Positions 1 to 10,918 of a stretch of 64,000 nucleotides of DNA are shown piece by piece; the stretch's first letter is position 1; the number at the start of each line of letters is the position of its first letter. Made by a program: the position numbers and the translations under genes. The stretch comes from Mantamonas sphyraenae STR306 (lineage: Eukaryota; Protista; CRuMs). The DNA is taken from the NCBI GenBank assembly GCA_026936335.1, contig JAPMXV010000021.1, forward strand, positions 186,001-250,000, given 5' to 3'. The notes below the pieces were generated by a model that was not told the origin of the DNA, did no database searches, and worked only from the letters and a program-made list of their open reading frames with translations.

Positions 1-1524
1 GTTTGTGGCTTCGCCCGTCTCAGGGTTCATGTCCATCAACACGCCGTACAGCTGGCGGAAGCGGTGTGCGTGTGTCAACACGCCCATGATGGTGCTCTGG
101 ACCAGGAAGCGCTGGCCCTGGTACGTGACCAGGATGTAGTTGGGCAAAGCCATGCCGGGCACAGAGGCGTCGCGCACCAACTGAGCTCCAAGAAGCTCCA
201 CGTTGGCATACTTGTCATGGGCCCAGGGCAGGCCGCGGTCCGCATACTCCTCGCGCGGCTGGCCCTGGCGGTACACAAACACGTTGTTGTGGTTGAACAG
301 CAGCGTGTTGTTCTTGAACGTGGGCTGGATGGAGCCGTCGACCACACCCTTGACCACAGGCACGGCGGCGTCGACAAACTCCACCTGCGTGCGCGCAAGC
401 ATCATGTTGCGCTGCAGCCGTTCGTGTGCATCCTCACGTGGCATCTCGTACACTTGCTGGAACTCTTCGTTGTAGTCGCGTGCATGCTGGAGCACGTTGG
501 CCAAACTGGAGGAGCCCCACAGCAACTGCTGCGCGGCGTCGTGCACGTCGTACTCGCCCTCAATCGACACAGACGGCATCAGCCACGACGGCTTGGCCAA
601 CGAGTTGCTGGCATACTCCAGCACCGCACTGTGGGCCATGGTGGCCATCAGTCGCTCGAACCGGGTGGCAAACTTGTGCGAAAGCAACGAGAGCAAATCG
701 ACAAGCGAGGCCGTGCGGTGCAGCTTGTGGCTCGGGTGTGCACGTGCGTCATACTGCGACGCACTGCTGCGGTTCACGTAGAAGCCCGACGACGTGGCAC
801 TGATGTAGTACGCGTTGTTTTCCAACGTGACACACTCGATGACAAAGTGGTGGCCTCGCAGACGGTCGGCGCTGCTGGGCTGCCAGCCCGAAATAAACAG
901 CCGCTTGACACAATGACCCAAATCGGCCGCAAACGAACCGGGCCCAGCCTTGTCACTTCCATCCACAAACTGAAGTTGCACAGGCGGCGGGAAGTACGTG
1001 CTCAGGGCCCGGGCGGCGCTGATCTTCGGAGCTTTTTCCTCGTTGTCGCCTTCGCGCTCGTGCAGGAACACCTGGTTGACAATGCGAGTGCACATGGACT
1101 CGGTGCGCACACCAATGCCAAAGTGGGCCTGGATGGTGCTGAGGAGGAGCTTGAGGCGTGTGAAATGCGTGATGGCCTCCAGCTGGCTCAACTGGGCCGG
1201 CGGCTGCATGTACAGCTCCAGTGGCCACCCAAGGGTTTCCAGTTCCACCTCGTCGTCCAGACGTGTGTCCTCATGCACCAAGTCGTATCCGACGTAGATG
1301 TGTGTGCTGAGGTTGTCTGCCAGCAGTTGCCGCACGTCCTTCACCTGCAGCTGCGAGCTGCTGCCCAGATCCATGTTCAGCGCCTTGGACGGTGCAGGCG
1401 GCTGCACAGTCAACACGCGTGACTGCACACCCGTGCTCTCTGTCTCTTGCACCTCGTCGCCCGTCGACGACTCATTCCTGCTGCTCTCTACGCCCACAGG
1501 CGACTGTTCGGCCACGGTGGACAT
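1..1524 (-). CDS. CLU1: Clustered mitochondria protein (Clu1/CLUH/TIF31), 5' part; runs off the window start
   Basis: My minus-strand translation from ATG 1524 (MSTVAEQ...) is open to position 1. It has CLU_N-like VKDVRQLL, YISATSSGFYVNRS, and the CLU motifs RDYNEEFQQVYEMP...EFVDAAV...HNNVF and VTYQGQRFLVQSTIMGVL. It is absent from the ORF track because it has no stop in the window. Confidence 0.88.
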   Translation of the reverse strand, partial: MSTVAEQSPVGVESSRNESSTGDEVQETESTGVQSRVLTVQPPAPSKALNMDLGSSSQLQVKDVRQLLADNLSTHIYVGYDLVHEDTRLDDEVELETLGWPLELYMQPPAQLSQLEAITHFTRLKLLLSTIQAHFGIGVRTESMCTRIVNQVFLHEREGDNEEKAPKISAARALSTYFPPPVQLQFVDGSDKAGPGSFAADLGHCVKRLFISGWQPSSADRLRGHHFVIECVTLENNAYYISATSSGFYVNRSSASQYDARAHPSHKLHRTASLVDLLSLLSHKFATRFERLMATMAHSAVLEYASNSLAKPSWLMPSVSIEGEYDVHDAAQQLLWGSSSLANVLQHARDYNEEFQQVYEMPREDAHERLQRNMMLARTQVEFVDAAVPVVKGVVDGSIQPTFKNNTLLFNHNNVFVYRQGQPREEYADRGLPWAHDKYANVELLGAQLVRDASVPGMALPNYILVTYQGQRFLVQSTIMGVLTHAHRFRQLYGVLMDMNPETGEATN

Positions 1525-1602
1525 TTCCGGCGGATTTCCTGATTTTTTGTTGGTTTGTTTGCAGCGAATCCGATTGAATTTCGTTGTCTTTGCTCTCTCT
1601 CC

Positions 1603-1645
1603 CACACACACACTCTGTCTCTCTCTCTCTCTGTGTCTCTCTGTC
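1603..1645. repeat. (CA)n/(CT)n microsatellite
   Basis: cacacacacactctgtctctctctctctctgtgtctctctgtc in the spacer between the DCX gene stop and the CLU1 start. Confidence 0.8.
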
Positions 1646-1659
1646 CCTCATTCACATTC

Positions 1660-4570
1660 TCACAGCAGGGCCAGGGGCCACTTGTCGGTGTCGAGCTTCT
1701 CGCCACCGCAGGCAATGTACTTGCCGCCGTCGACGTAGGCGTCAAACGAGCGCACGAGCTTCTTGGTGTTTGCGTCGTACATCTTCTTGACAGCGCCGGT
1801 GAGGAGGCCGACCGAGGTGGTGGCCTTGTACTTGAGCTTGTCGTGGTCGGTGATGAGCTTGGGGTTGATGGTGATCTTGGTCCCCTTGTCGTGCTTGTCG
1901 CCGTTGCGGAACACGTAGATGACGCGTGCCTTCTCCGCCTGTGTGCCAAACTTCTTGATGCTCTTCTTCTTCACGGGGCTCTTGTACTCGTACTTGACCT
2001 CGATCTCGTCCAGCTCCTTGCTCTTGCCCTCCTTCTTCACCAGCTCCTCGCCCACCTTGAGCGCCGCCGGGGACAGCTTGCTAAACACGGGCTTCTCTGG
2101 GCCGCAGCACACGTACGCCTTGCCGTCCTCCAGGTCCTCAAAGGAACGCACGAGGCTCTCCGACTCGACGCCGTAGATCTTGCGGATGGCCCCGTGAGCA
2201 GCTTGACATCGGCGTTGAGGACGTCCTTGAGCATGGTCATGGTGGTCACACGCTTGGTGTTGAGCGAGTAGCGGAAGCCGCTGTCGTGCTTGTCTGCGTT
2301 GCGGAAAAAGTAGAGGATCTTGGCCTTGCTTGCCTGCGTGCCAAACTTTGTGATTTCCTTCTTTTCCATCGGCGACACATACTTTGCCTTGGTCTTCTTC
2401 TTCTTGCCCGCGTTGGCGGCGGTGACCGAGTCGGTAGCACGGCTGCCCAGGCCACTGGAGCCCGAGCCCGAGGAGGACGTGGTCATCGTCGTCTCCTCCT
2501 TCACCTCCACCTCGTCGTCCTGCAGCGCATGGGGAGACAGCTTGGAAATGTCAAAGGGCTCGCCTCCGCAGGCGACATACTTGCCGTAATCCTCGTAGGC
2601 GTCGAGGGAGCGCACAAGCTTGCCGCTGGTGGTGTAGCACTTCTTCACGGGCCCCGTCTGCATCTTGAGCTTGGTGGTCAGGTGCTGCTTGAGCTGGTCG
2701 TGCGTCAGGATGTTCTTGGGGTTCAGGGTGATCTTGGTGCCCTTGTCGAACCGGTCCTTGTTCTGGAAAAAGTACAACACCTTGGCCTTGCTCGCCTGCG
2801 TGCCAAACTTTTCGATGGGCTTGCTTTCGATCTTCTTGCGCACCACCTTCTTCTTCTTGCCCGTGCCGCTGCCTGTGCCGCTGCTGCCCTTGCTGCTCAC
2901 CGACGCATAGTCGTCCTCCTCCTCGGCCACCAACGCCGCCTCGGGCACCTTGGCCTTGTTGAACTTTTCGCCCGCACACACAATGTACTTGCCGCCGTCC
3001 TCGTAGTCGTCGAGCTTGCGGATCTGGCGTCCTTCCGGCGTGTACACCTTTTGGGCGGCGCCGGTGATGAGGGTGATCTTCGAGTTGAACAGCTGCAGCA
3101 GCTGCGAGTGTGTGAGGATGTTCTTGGTGTTGATGGTCACCTTGGTGCCCTTGTCGTACTTGTCGCCGTTGGCATACACGCGGATGACACGTGCCTTTTC
3201 GGCCTGCGTGCCAAACTTTGTGATCTCCTTCTTTTCCATCGGAGACACATACTTGTGCTTCCTGGCGGGCTTCTCCTCCACAACCTCCTCTTCCTCCTCA
3301 TCAAAGATGGCCTTGGCCATGCGCTCGGTGTTGAGTGTCAGCTCGCCACCCACAGCCACGTAGCGGCCCTGGTCGCGGAAGCTGTCCAGGTCACGGATGA
3401 GTGTGCCGTCGGGCAGATACACACGTCGGATGGCACCGGTCAGCGGCTGCACCTTGTCCGTCATGATCTCCTTGAGCTGCAGGGGTGTGCCGGCGGGTGA
3501 GCGGGGAGGGGGTCAGGGTCCATTTTTTCGTGTGTCGTTAAGGCAAACGGAGGGCCCCGAGGAGGTGGAAGCAGGGCCAAGGCGAGGAGGTGCACACGTA
3601 CCTGGTCCATGGTGGTGATGCGATCGCGGTTGAGGGTGATCTTGACACCCTTGTGGTGCTTGTCGCCGTTGCGGAAGACGTAAATGACGTTTGCCTTTTC
3701 GAGCTGGGATTCCTCGCCGCCCGAGCTGACGCCGGCAAAGGTGTCGTCGCTGTCCTTGAGCTGGAGATAGCGCGATGCTGCAGTGTGCAGAAGGAGGGGA
3801 CGTGCGATGTGAGCGGGTGGCGAGTGAGGATGGGCATTGGCAGGGGCGGAAGGGCCCGAGGAAGAAAGGCCCCGCCAGGAGGTGAAAGAGACCGTTTGGA
3901 AATGTGCGGCGCAAAACCCGCGGGCAGGCAATGGGAAGATGCAGACTGGGGATGGCAGGACGCAACGAGGAGCAGACGAGAGAACTTTGCGTGGCGACAT
4001 TTGTTGCAGAAGGAGCATGGAGCCGGACGCGTGTGTGGAGAGGAAAAAGGGAGTGTGCGTAGGAAGCAGCAGCGGCGGATTCGAGGGGAAAAGTGGGGAA
4101 GCAACGGTCGAAAAACGGGAAGGAAGGCTGCGGTGCGTGGGCCTGTACAAGGGGGCCACACAGCCATGCAGTTGCACACACATACCTTTGCTCATGTTGA
4201 GGGTCTCGCCCTCGCAGACAAGCACGTAGTTGTTGTCCTCCTTGAAGCCATCGAGAGAGGAAACGGCCTTGCCCTTGGCGTCATAGATTTTGACGACTTC
4301 GCCCGAGAGTCCTTCGACGGTCTGGGAGAGCTCCTCCTGCAGGTACACGGGGAGAAACAAAGCACAGGAGGTGGCGGCGGGCACGCGATGGGTCAGTGTG
4401 CGAATTCACAGAGGCGATGGGGCCCATGGTGTGGGTGTGGGGAAGAATCAGCGTACCATGAAGCCGACAATGTCCGAGACATAGGTCTTGTTGAGCAGGA
4501 CCTTTGTGCCCGGGTCGCTGGGGTCGGCGTTGCGGAACACCGTGCAAACCAAAGTGTTGAGAGTGGACAT
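1660..4570 (-). CDS. Multi-doublecortin (6x DCX) microtubule-binding protein with apicortin-like DCX domains. Exons 4570-4457, 4336-4186, 3777-3602, 3476-1660; apparent 1-nt frameshift near 2190
   Basis: Six repeats of [VI]x[VF][FY]xNxD...G...G.[VI][KR]K.Y...[DE].G.Y[VI].cGE. GT..AG introns join in frame. KFGTQA[ES]KA precedes DCX3-6. Confidence 0.88.
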
Positions 4571-4673
4571 GGTGAGTGTCGGAGTTGGTTTCTCAAAGGG
4601 GTTGTTTTGCGGCGGCCGGGGCACATCGAATCTCCCGTGGTCATCGCTCCGTGGTTGTCAACCTGCACATAGG

Positions 4674-4919
4674 ATGTCGACTCTGGGTGGCCTGGGCGAC
4701 CTCAAGGCCATGATTGCCAGCGAACGCAAGCGCAAGTTTGCTCGGGTGGCAGAGGACGGGGGGGACGGCAGCAAGAAGAAGAAGTACCTTAGCAAAGCCG
4801 AGCGGGAGCAGTTGATGGAGGAGGCGGAGCGGAAGGAGAAGGAAAAGGAGAGGGAACAACGCGAAAGCAAGCGGCAGAGGGTGGGCGAGGTCGAGGGTGA
4901 CGGCAGGGGTCAGATGGAC

Positions 4920-4968
<49 letters not shown>

Positions 4969-5883
4969 GCTCAGGAAGTGGCACCCAGGAGGTGGACGAC
5001 GAACTAAAGATGGAAAAGGAAGAGGTGTTCAAGAGACTGCGAGCACGCGACCAGCCGGTAAGTGTGAAGGACAGGAGGAGGACGACCGGGAGAGAGAGCG
5101 AGGCGTGCATTCCGCAGAGGCTGACGCGTGCGCTTGTGCGTGGACGTGGACGCATGTGGACAGGTGACACTGTTTGGAGAGAGCGACACACAGAGGATAA
5201 TGCGGTTGCGAGAGTATGAAAAGAACCACGACCACCACGGCGGGTTCCGGAACGAGTGGGCCGAGGCGATGGCGCGCACACAGGCGGATCTGCTGACGAA
5301 AGCGCTGGAGGGAGACAGCCAGGAGACCAACCGAGAGAAACGAGACAAGCGAAGGCGTGAACTGCTGCTGGCAGAGTATGACATGGCGGCGCTGAAGGCC
5401 GAGGAACAGCCTGTGCCAACGTACATCCGACGCTTCTTCCAGTATCTGCTTGCGCTGTGGAAGCACAGGCTGGACGAGGCGGAGGAGGATGAGAAGCACA
5501 CAGTGGCATACAAGACGGAGCTGGCACAGCAATTTGTGTGCGAAAACAACATGAAGCCGTTCCTGCGACAGCTGAAACGCAACACGCTGCCAGACGACAT
5601 TGTGGACAAGGTGTACCAGATCATCGACTGGTGCAAGCAGCGGGAGTATCTCAAGGCACAGCACGTGTACGTAGAACTGGCAGTGGGCAACGCAGCGTGG
5701 CCAATGGGCGTGGGCAGCATGGTGGGCATCCACGCACGCTCTGCACGCGAACGCATTTCCACCTCTGCCCATGTGCTCAACGACGAGACGCAGCGCAAGT
5801 ACATTCAGGCCATCAAGCGTCTCATGAGTGTGTGTCAAAAGTACTTTCCGGGCGATCCCAGCAAATCAATGAGCACGGTGTAA
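4674..5883 (+). CDS. PRP18: Pre-mRNA splicing factor Prp18. Exons 4674-5057, 5164-5883
   Basis: The spliced PRP4-like motif reads LRARDQP|VTLFGE. Also the Prp18 signature LAVGNAAWPMGVGSMVGIHARSARERI and HVLNDETQRKYIQAIKRL. Intron is GTAAGT...CTGAC...CAG. Confidence 0.95.
4921..4967 (+). repeat. (AGC)n coding microsatellite (poly-Ser) in PRP18
   Basis: About 15 AGC units read in the Ser frame. Confidence 0.9.
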
Positions 5884-5929
5884 ACGTTGAACTCGCATAC
5901 CTGCAACATACATTGCTCTGTCTTCTCAC

Positions 5930-7175
5930 TCAGAAGCACACACCGCACCGGAGCTGGGAGCTCAGGGCGGCAAAGACACTCTTGAGGGTGCTGGAGAGCT
6001 GGAGAGCGGCGGGGAACTTGGTCTTGAGGTAACCAGAATGGGCGACAACAAACTCGAGCTGCTGGGCGTGTGCTGTCATTTCGGAAACAAGACGGCAGGT
6101 ACGCTTGGCACCAGAGAGCATGCCATAGGTGGTGTCCACACAGCTGGAGCCCTGCTTGGTGCCGTGGCACTTGAGCAGGGTGCGCAGCTGCTTGCGGGTG
6201 GTCTCCACGTGGTCCATGATGCGGTGCAGACCCGCCAGCATGCCGCGCTTGACAAGGTCCTTCTTGTACATAAAGGACTTGTGCACGGCACGGAAGAGGG
6301 GCTTGCTGGCCGCCTTGGCCTGGGCCAGATGCTTGCACGCCGAATCCGAGCTGTCCAGGATGGGCTCCAGGCACGACCAAGCTTCCTGCGACGGGGTCTG
6401 CTGCGGCTGTGTGTGTACGGCGTGCACGTGTGTGTGCGACAAAGGGTCAGTGGATGGCTGTGACGAGCACACGCAGGGACCAAAGGTCCGGGGAGGGTTT
6501 TTTTTTTCGCTCGCTCCAGAGCAAACTCACCTTGGGCAGGTGGACGCCCATGACCAGATGCGCGTGCGTGTTGCTGGCCACAGGGATCTCTGTGGATGCC
6601 TCTTCGGTGACGGCATCGGCAACAGCCTCGTGCAGCTCGTCCTGAGGTGCAGCGAGCTGAATTGTGGCGGCCTTTTGGGCCTCGGCCTCCGCGTCGGCAT
6701 CGACAAAATGCTGCGTGCTGCGGCCTCCCTGCTGCATGTGGAGAGCCACAAACAGAGAGTGGAAGTCAAAGGCTTGGCCCTCGTCGTCCTCGGCCTCGTC
6801 GTCGAGGTCCTCCAGGTCCGAATCGCTTGCAGGAGAGGCCGTCGAAGCCGCGGCGGCAGCGTCGGGCTGAGCCGGCGCGGCCGTTTCCGCCTTGGCGCTC
6901 TTTGCACCAGCGGCAGCGGCCTGGTCCTCCTGTTTCAGCGCAGCAATCTCCATTTGCATGGTCTGCTGTGCACTTGTGCGCACGTCCGAAAGGCGTTCCT
7001 CAATGGTAATTGAGGAGAGCAGCGAGCGACCCGTAGGCGCTCGCATGCCCTGCTGTTCCCGGCGCTGTCCGTTGATCACCGTCCCGGGGATCACGAACGC
7101 CCCCATGATCAAAATGACCAGGGTGGCTGTTTTGATGGCTGATTGCGCAGTCATCCGCTTTGCGATGGCGGCCAT
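5930..7175 (-). CDS. Hypothetical protein with N-terminal signal anchor. Exons 7175-6531, 6406-5930
   Basis: Hydrophobic TATLVILIMGAFVI, then an acidic linker. GTGAGT donor and ACACAG acceptor join the two ORFs in phase 0. No family recognised. Confidence 0.6.
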
Positions 7176-7299
7176 GGCGCAGGTGGGGTGGGAAAGTGAA
7201 AGGCGGCAAGTCGTTCATTTGTTGTTCAAACCACCAACCACGACACACTTGCGCACAGGCAAACAGGGGTTTTGGGGTAAACACCGCCCCTTTTGGCCA

Positions 7300-8811
7300 T
7301 CACCTGTCAGCGGTGTCTTCATCACGAGAGCGACGGCGTTGGTTGCCTCCAAATCCACGTCCCCCTTGGCCTTGTGCTGTGCCGCCAAAGCCACCTTCGA
7401 GCTTGGAGGTGTCCTCTGCGGCCAAATGGGTCCATTTGGTGGCGCCCTTTTTGCCGATGTCGCGACGTTGGAGGATCTTGGGCAGGACGGAGCGGTCGAC
7501 GCGATCTTCGCCCGTGGGAGCGGCCGCATAGAGCTTGGCACGCTGGAGCACGTCGTGGTCTTCGTCCTGGAAGAACACACCTGTGTGATAATACTTTTGC
7601 AGAAAGTTACGCTGTGGTCCACCGTCGTTGGACGCCCGCGCTTGTGCCTCTGCCTCTCGTTTCCTCTGCATGGCCAGGGCGTTGCGTTCGTCCTCAGACA
7701 TGGCTTCGATGCGTGCGCGTTCCTCCTCTTCCGCCTCCCTGGCCATGCGTTCCTTGTGATCACGCACCAGCCGTGCCAGCTCGCGTTGACGCCACAGCGC
7801 ATACTCCTCCTCCTGGTCCGCCGTCTCGTCGTCATCATCAATGTCCCTTTTGGCCTCTTTCGCTGCCTTTTCACGTGCCTCTGTCCTCAGCATCTCCTCT
7901 GCTGCCATCCGTTGCGACTCCATCGCTCTCGCCTTCCGCTTCTCCTCCTCCGCCACCCTCCTTGCCTCCTCCTCCGCCTCCAATGCCTCTCGTTCCTTCA
8001 CCGTCTCCCGATTGTCCTTGGCCACAAACACGGGTCGCAGCATCACTCGGGCCCGCTCTTCATCCGACGACGACGACTCTTCGTCCTCGTCGTCCGTCTC
8101 CCACTCGCTCGACGACGAACCCGACGCCTCCTCCGCCTCCGCCTCTGCCCCGTTGCCACGTGACACCACTGCTGCTCCCGCCACTGTGCCTGTGGCCCCA
8201 CTCGCCTGTGCCTGTGACCTTGCCGTTTCCGCCGCCTCCATCTGTGCTTTGGCCTGCTGTGCCGCAAGGGCACGCCTTCGTGCCAGCAATGCCGCGTCTT
8301 CTTCGTCGCTGCTGCTATCGTCGCTGCTGTCGTCGTCGTCGTCCCCCTGCACTTGCATCTGGGCTGCCAGGCGTTTGAATCTGCTTTCCGAATCTTCCTC
8401 CTGTGTGTGTGTGTTCTCCTCGCCCCGTTCAGACCCGTCGTTGCCTCCGGTGCTGATGATCGTCGCCTCGGCCACAGCTCTCCGCGTCTGTGCCTGTCCT
8501 GCAAACGCCTCTGAGCCCGCATCCATGTCATTGGCTACTACGCTTGCACCCTGGCCATTGTCCAGCTGTTTCTTGAGAAAGGTGGGCACCACACCGGCGC
8601 GGTAGCGCTCTGCAAAAAGAGCAAGCGAAGCGTGGAGCCATGTGTGTCAGCGCGACGACGACGACGTGTTTCTCTCGACACCCCTCCCTGGGATCACGTT
8701 CCACTCACGTGTCTTTTTGGCCAGCTTCTCCTTCATGCGACCAATGCCCTGTTTCTTGGCCAGCTCCTCATCCTCTTCGGCCTCGCGCTTGAGCGAGTTG
8801 ACAAAGTCCAT
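7300..8811 (-). CDS. MFAP1: MFAP1 (spliceosomal B-complex protein). Exons 8811-8709, 8609-7300
   Basis: Spliced KKTQRYRAGVVP; LRPVFVAK, EEEYALWRQRELARL, FLQKYYHTGVFFQD, DRSVLPKILQ, GKKGATKWTHLAAEDT. Confidence 0.93.
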
Positions 8812-8912
8812 GGCGGTGGAAGGCGAGGCTTGCGCTGCCAGTGCCAGCGCATTTGCATTTGGTCCCACACCCACCCCCCCCCCCAATCTCTCTTCCAACA
8901 CACACCCAATCC

Positions 8913-10862
8913 ATGTCCAGCACGAAACGAGAGCGCGACACAGACGACGGCGACGGGTTGGCCGACGAGTCTCGGCAGCAGCTGCAGCAACAAGACACAA
9001 AGCGCAGCAAGCCCAGCTCACTGGCCGATCTGCGCATTCGCACAAAACGCAGGCCAACAGGCGGCGCATCGTCCTCCTTGTCGTCCACCGCCTCTGTCAA
9101 GGTGGAAGCACACACAGACATGGCGCAGCATTCGGGAAGAGAGCAGGGAAGCTCGACGACGCACGGCAGCCAGGGCAGCAGGGCTCCCAAACCTGAGCCG
9201 ACTCTGGAGGGGCACGGGAGGGCCACACGAGACAACACAAGTGCTGGGGCCGGTGTGGACACAGGTCATATGTCCAGGGAGGGCGCAGGGAAGGGTAGGC
9301 GGGCTCCGTCGGTGCATGGCGGAGACGGGGAAAGGTACGCGGAGCACACGGAGGCGTATCACGAGTGGAATGGCCACGAAGAGGAGATCCACGACGCATT
9401 GCTGGAGTGGTACGACACACACAAACGCTCCATGCCATGGCGAGATGCAAGTGAACAGGTGCGCAGCCGACAGCTGTCGCCAGAGGAGCTCAACCAGGTT
9501 GCCTACGCTGTGTGGGTGTCTGAAATCATGCTTCAACAGACCCAAGTGGCCACTGTCATTGACTACCACAAACGCTGGATGCAGCGCTTTCCTACGGTGA
9601 GCGATCTGGCAGCGGCGGAGTTGGAACAGGTCAACGAGATCTGGTCGGGACTGGGCTACTACCGACGCGCAAAGTACCTCCACCAGGGGGCCCAGTATGT
9701 GATCGAACAATTGGGCGGCACATTCCCCAACACGGCAGAGGGGCTGAAGCAGATCCCGGGCGTGGGAGACTACACCGCGGGGGCCATCGCCTCGATTGTG
9801 TTTGAACAGAGCACACCCGTGGTGGATGGCAATGTCATTCGTGTGTTTTCTCGCATGCGATCGTTGGGCGTGGACACAAAGGCCAGCAGCAGCACAAAGC
9901 TCTTCTGGCGACTGGCTGGCAATCTGGTTCCCCGCAAGCGTCCGGGCTGCTTCAACCAGGCCCTCATGGAGCTGGGGGCCACCGTATGCACTCCTAACAA
10001 TCCGCAGTGTGACGTGTGTCCTGTGTCGCAGCACTGCACAGCGTACAGCGAGGCGCATGAGAAACAACAGCAACAAACCATCACATCCAGCTGCAGTCTG
10101 TGCCTGCCAGACATGCTCTACCCAACACCCGACGTGACAAAGTACCCGCTCAAGGCCAAAAAGACCAAGCAGAAACAGGACCTGACGGTGGTGGCGCTGG
10201 TGGAGGTGCACTTTGGCACCAAGCAACAGCGGCTGCTGTGTGAAAAGAGGCCTGAAGATGGATTGCTGGCAGGTCTGTGGCAGTTTCCCCAACGTAGCGT
10301 GAGTGAAGACGAGGCTGCACAGCTGAGCGTGGCCGATGCCAATGTCGACAAGCTGTCGAAACGCATTGCGCTGGATTACATTGAGGACACGCTGAAGCTG
10401 GACACAGCAGGCGTGTCTGTGCAATGCACCTACCTGGGGACCGTGTCCCACTTGTTCTCGCACATCCGTCAAACGATGTTTGTACAGCGAGTGGTGCTGC
10501 CGCTGCAGGTCGGCGACGAAACGCCCGCGCTCGACGCCTCGGAACCAGCCACCCAATGGGTCAAACACACAGACCTGGGCGACATGGGCGTCAGCAAGAC
10601 GGTGCACAAATGCTGGACTCTGCGTGAAAAGATCCTCAACGGGAAAAAGGTGGTGACACGAATCAACACCGGAGCGGGCAACACAAGCAGCAGCAGCAGC
10701 AGCAGCAGCAGTGCATCGTCCAGCACCACCAAAGGAGGTGGAAAGCAGCGTGCGTCAGGTGGGAAGCAGAAGCGACTCATGCCCGTGTTTGAGGTGAACG
10801 ACGAGGTGGAGATTGTCAAAACGAAGAAGAAGCAATCGTCACTTGACGCATGGATGGGATGA
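8913..10862 (+). CDS. MUTYH: A/G-specific adenine DNA glycosylase MutY homolog
   Basis: VWVSEIMLQQTQV, WSGLGYYRRA, HhH IPGVGDYTAGAIASI, VDGNVIRV, FeS motif CTPNNPQCDVCPVSQHC, NUDIX-like GLLAGLWQFP, HLFSH. First ATG is at 8913. Confidence 0.96.
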   Translation: MSSTKRERDTDDGDGLADESRQQLQQQDTKRSKPSSLADLRIRTKRRPTGGASSSLSSTASVKVEAHTDMAQHSGREQGSSTTHGSQGSRAPKPEPTLEGHGRATRDNTSAGAGVDTGHMSREGAGKGRRAPSVHGGDGERYAEHTEAYHEWNGHEEEIHDALLEWYDTHKRSMPWRDASEQVRSRQLSPEELNQVAYAVWVSEIMLQQTQVATVIDYHKRWMQRFPTVSDLAAAELEQVNEIWSGLGYYRRAKYLHQGAQYVIEQLGGTFPNTAEGLKQIPGVGDYTAGAIASIVFEQSTPVVDGNVIRVFSRMRSLGVDTKASSSTKLFWRLAGNLVPRKRPGCFNQALMELGATVCTPNNPQCDVCPVSQHCTAYSEAHEKQQQQTITSSCSLCLPDMLYPTPDVTKYPLKAKKTKQKQDLTVVALVEVHFGTKQQRLLCEKRPEDGLLAGLWQFPQRSVSEDEAAQLSVADANVDKLSKRIALDYIEDTLKLDTAGVSVQCTYLGTVSHLFSHIRQTMFVQRVVLPLQVGDETPALDASEPATQWVKHTDLGDMGVSKTVHKCWTLREKILNGKKVVTRINTGAGNTSSSSSSSSSASSSTTKGGGKQRASGGKQKRLMPVFEVNDEVEIVKTKKKQSSLDAWMG

Positions 10863-10918
10863 TGAGAAAGGAGGAGAGAGAGAGAAAAAGAAAAAGAAAG
10901 AGACAGTTCACTCTGTGC

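Noticed and set aside
64-1422. 452-aa plus-strand ORF, and similar long ORFs such as 2286-3500 +, 9018-10607 -, 10850-12592 +, 13289-14581 +, 30781-32775 -, 48165-49610 +, 52699-54102 -
   Set aside because: They are antisense shadows of real genes. High third-position GC removes stops on the opposite strand, and the translations are V/L/H/G-rich with no motifs.
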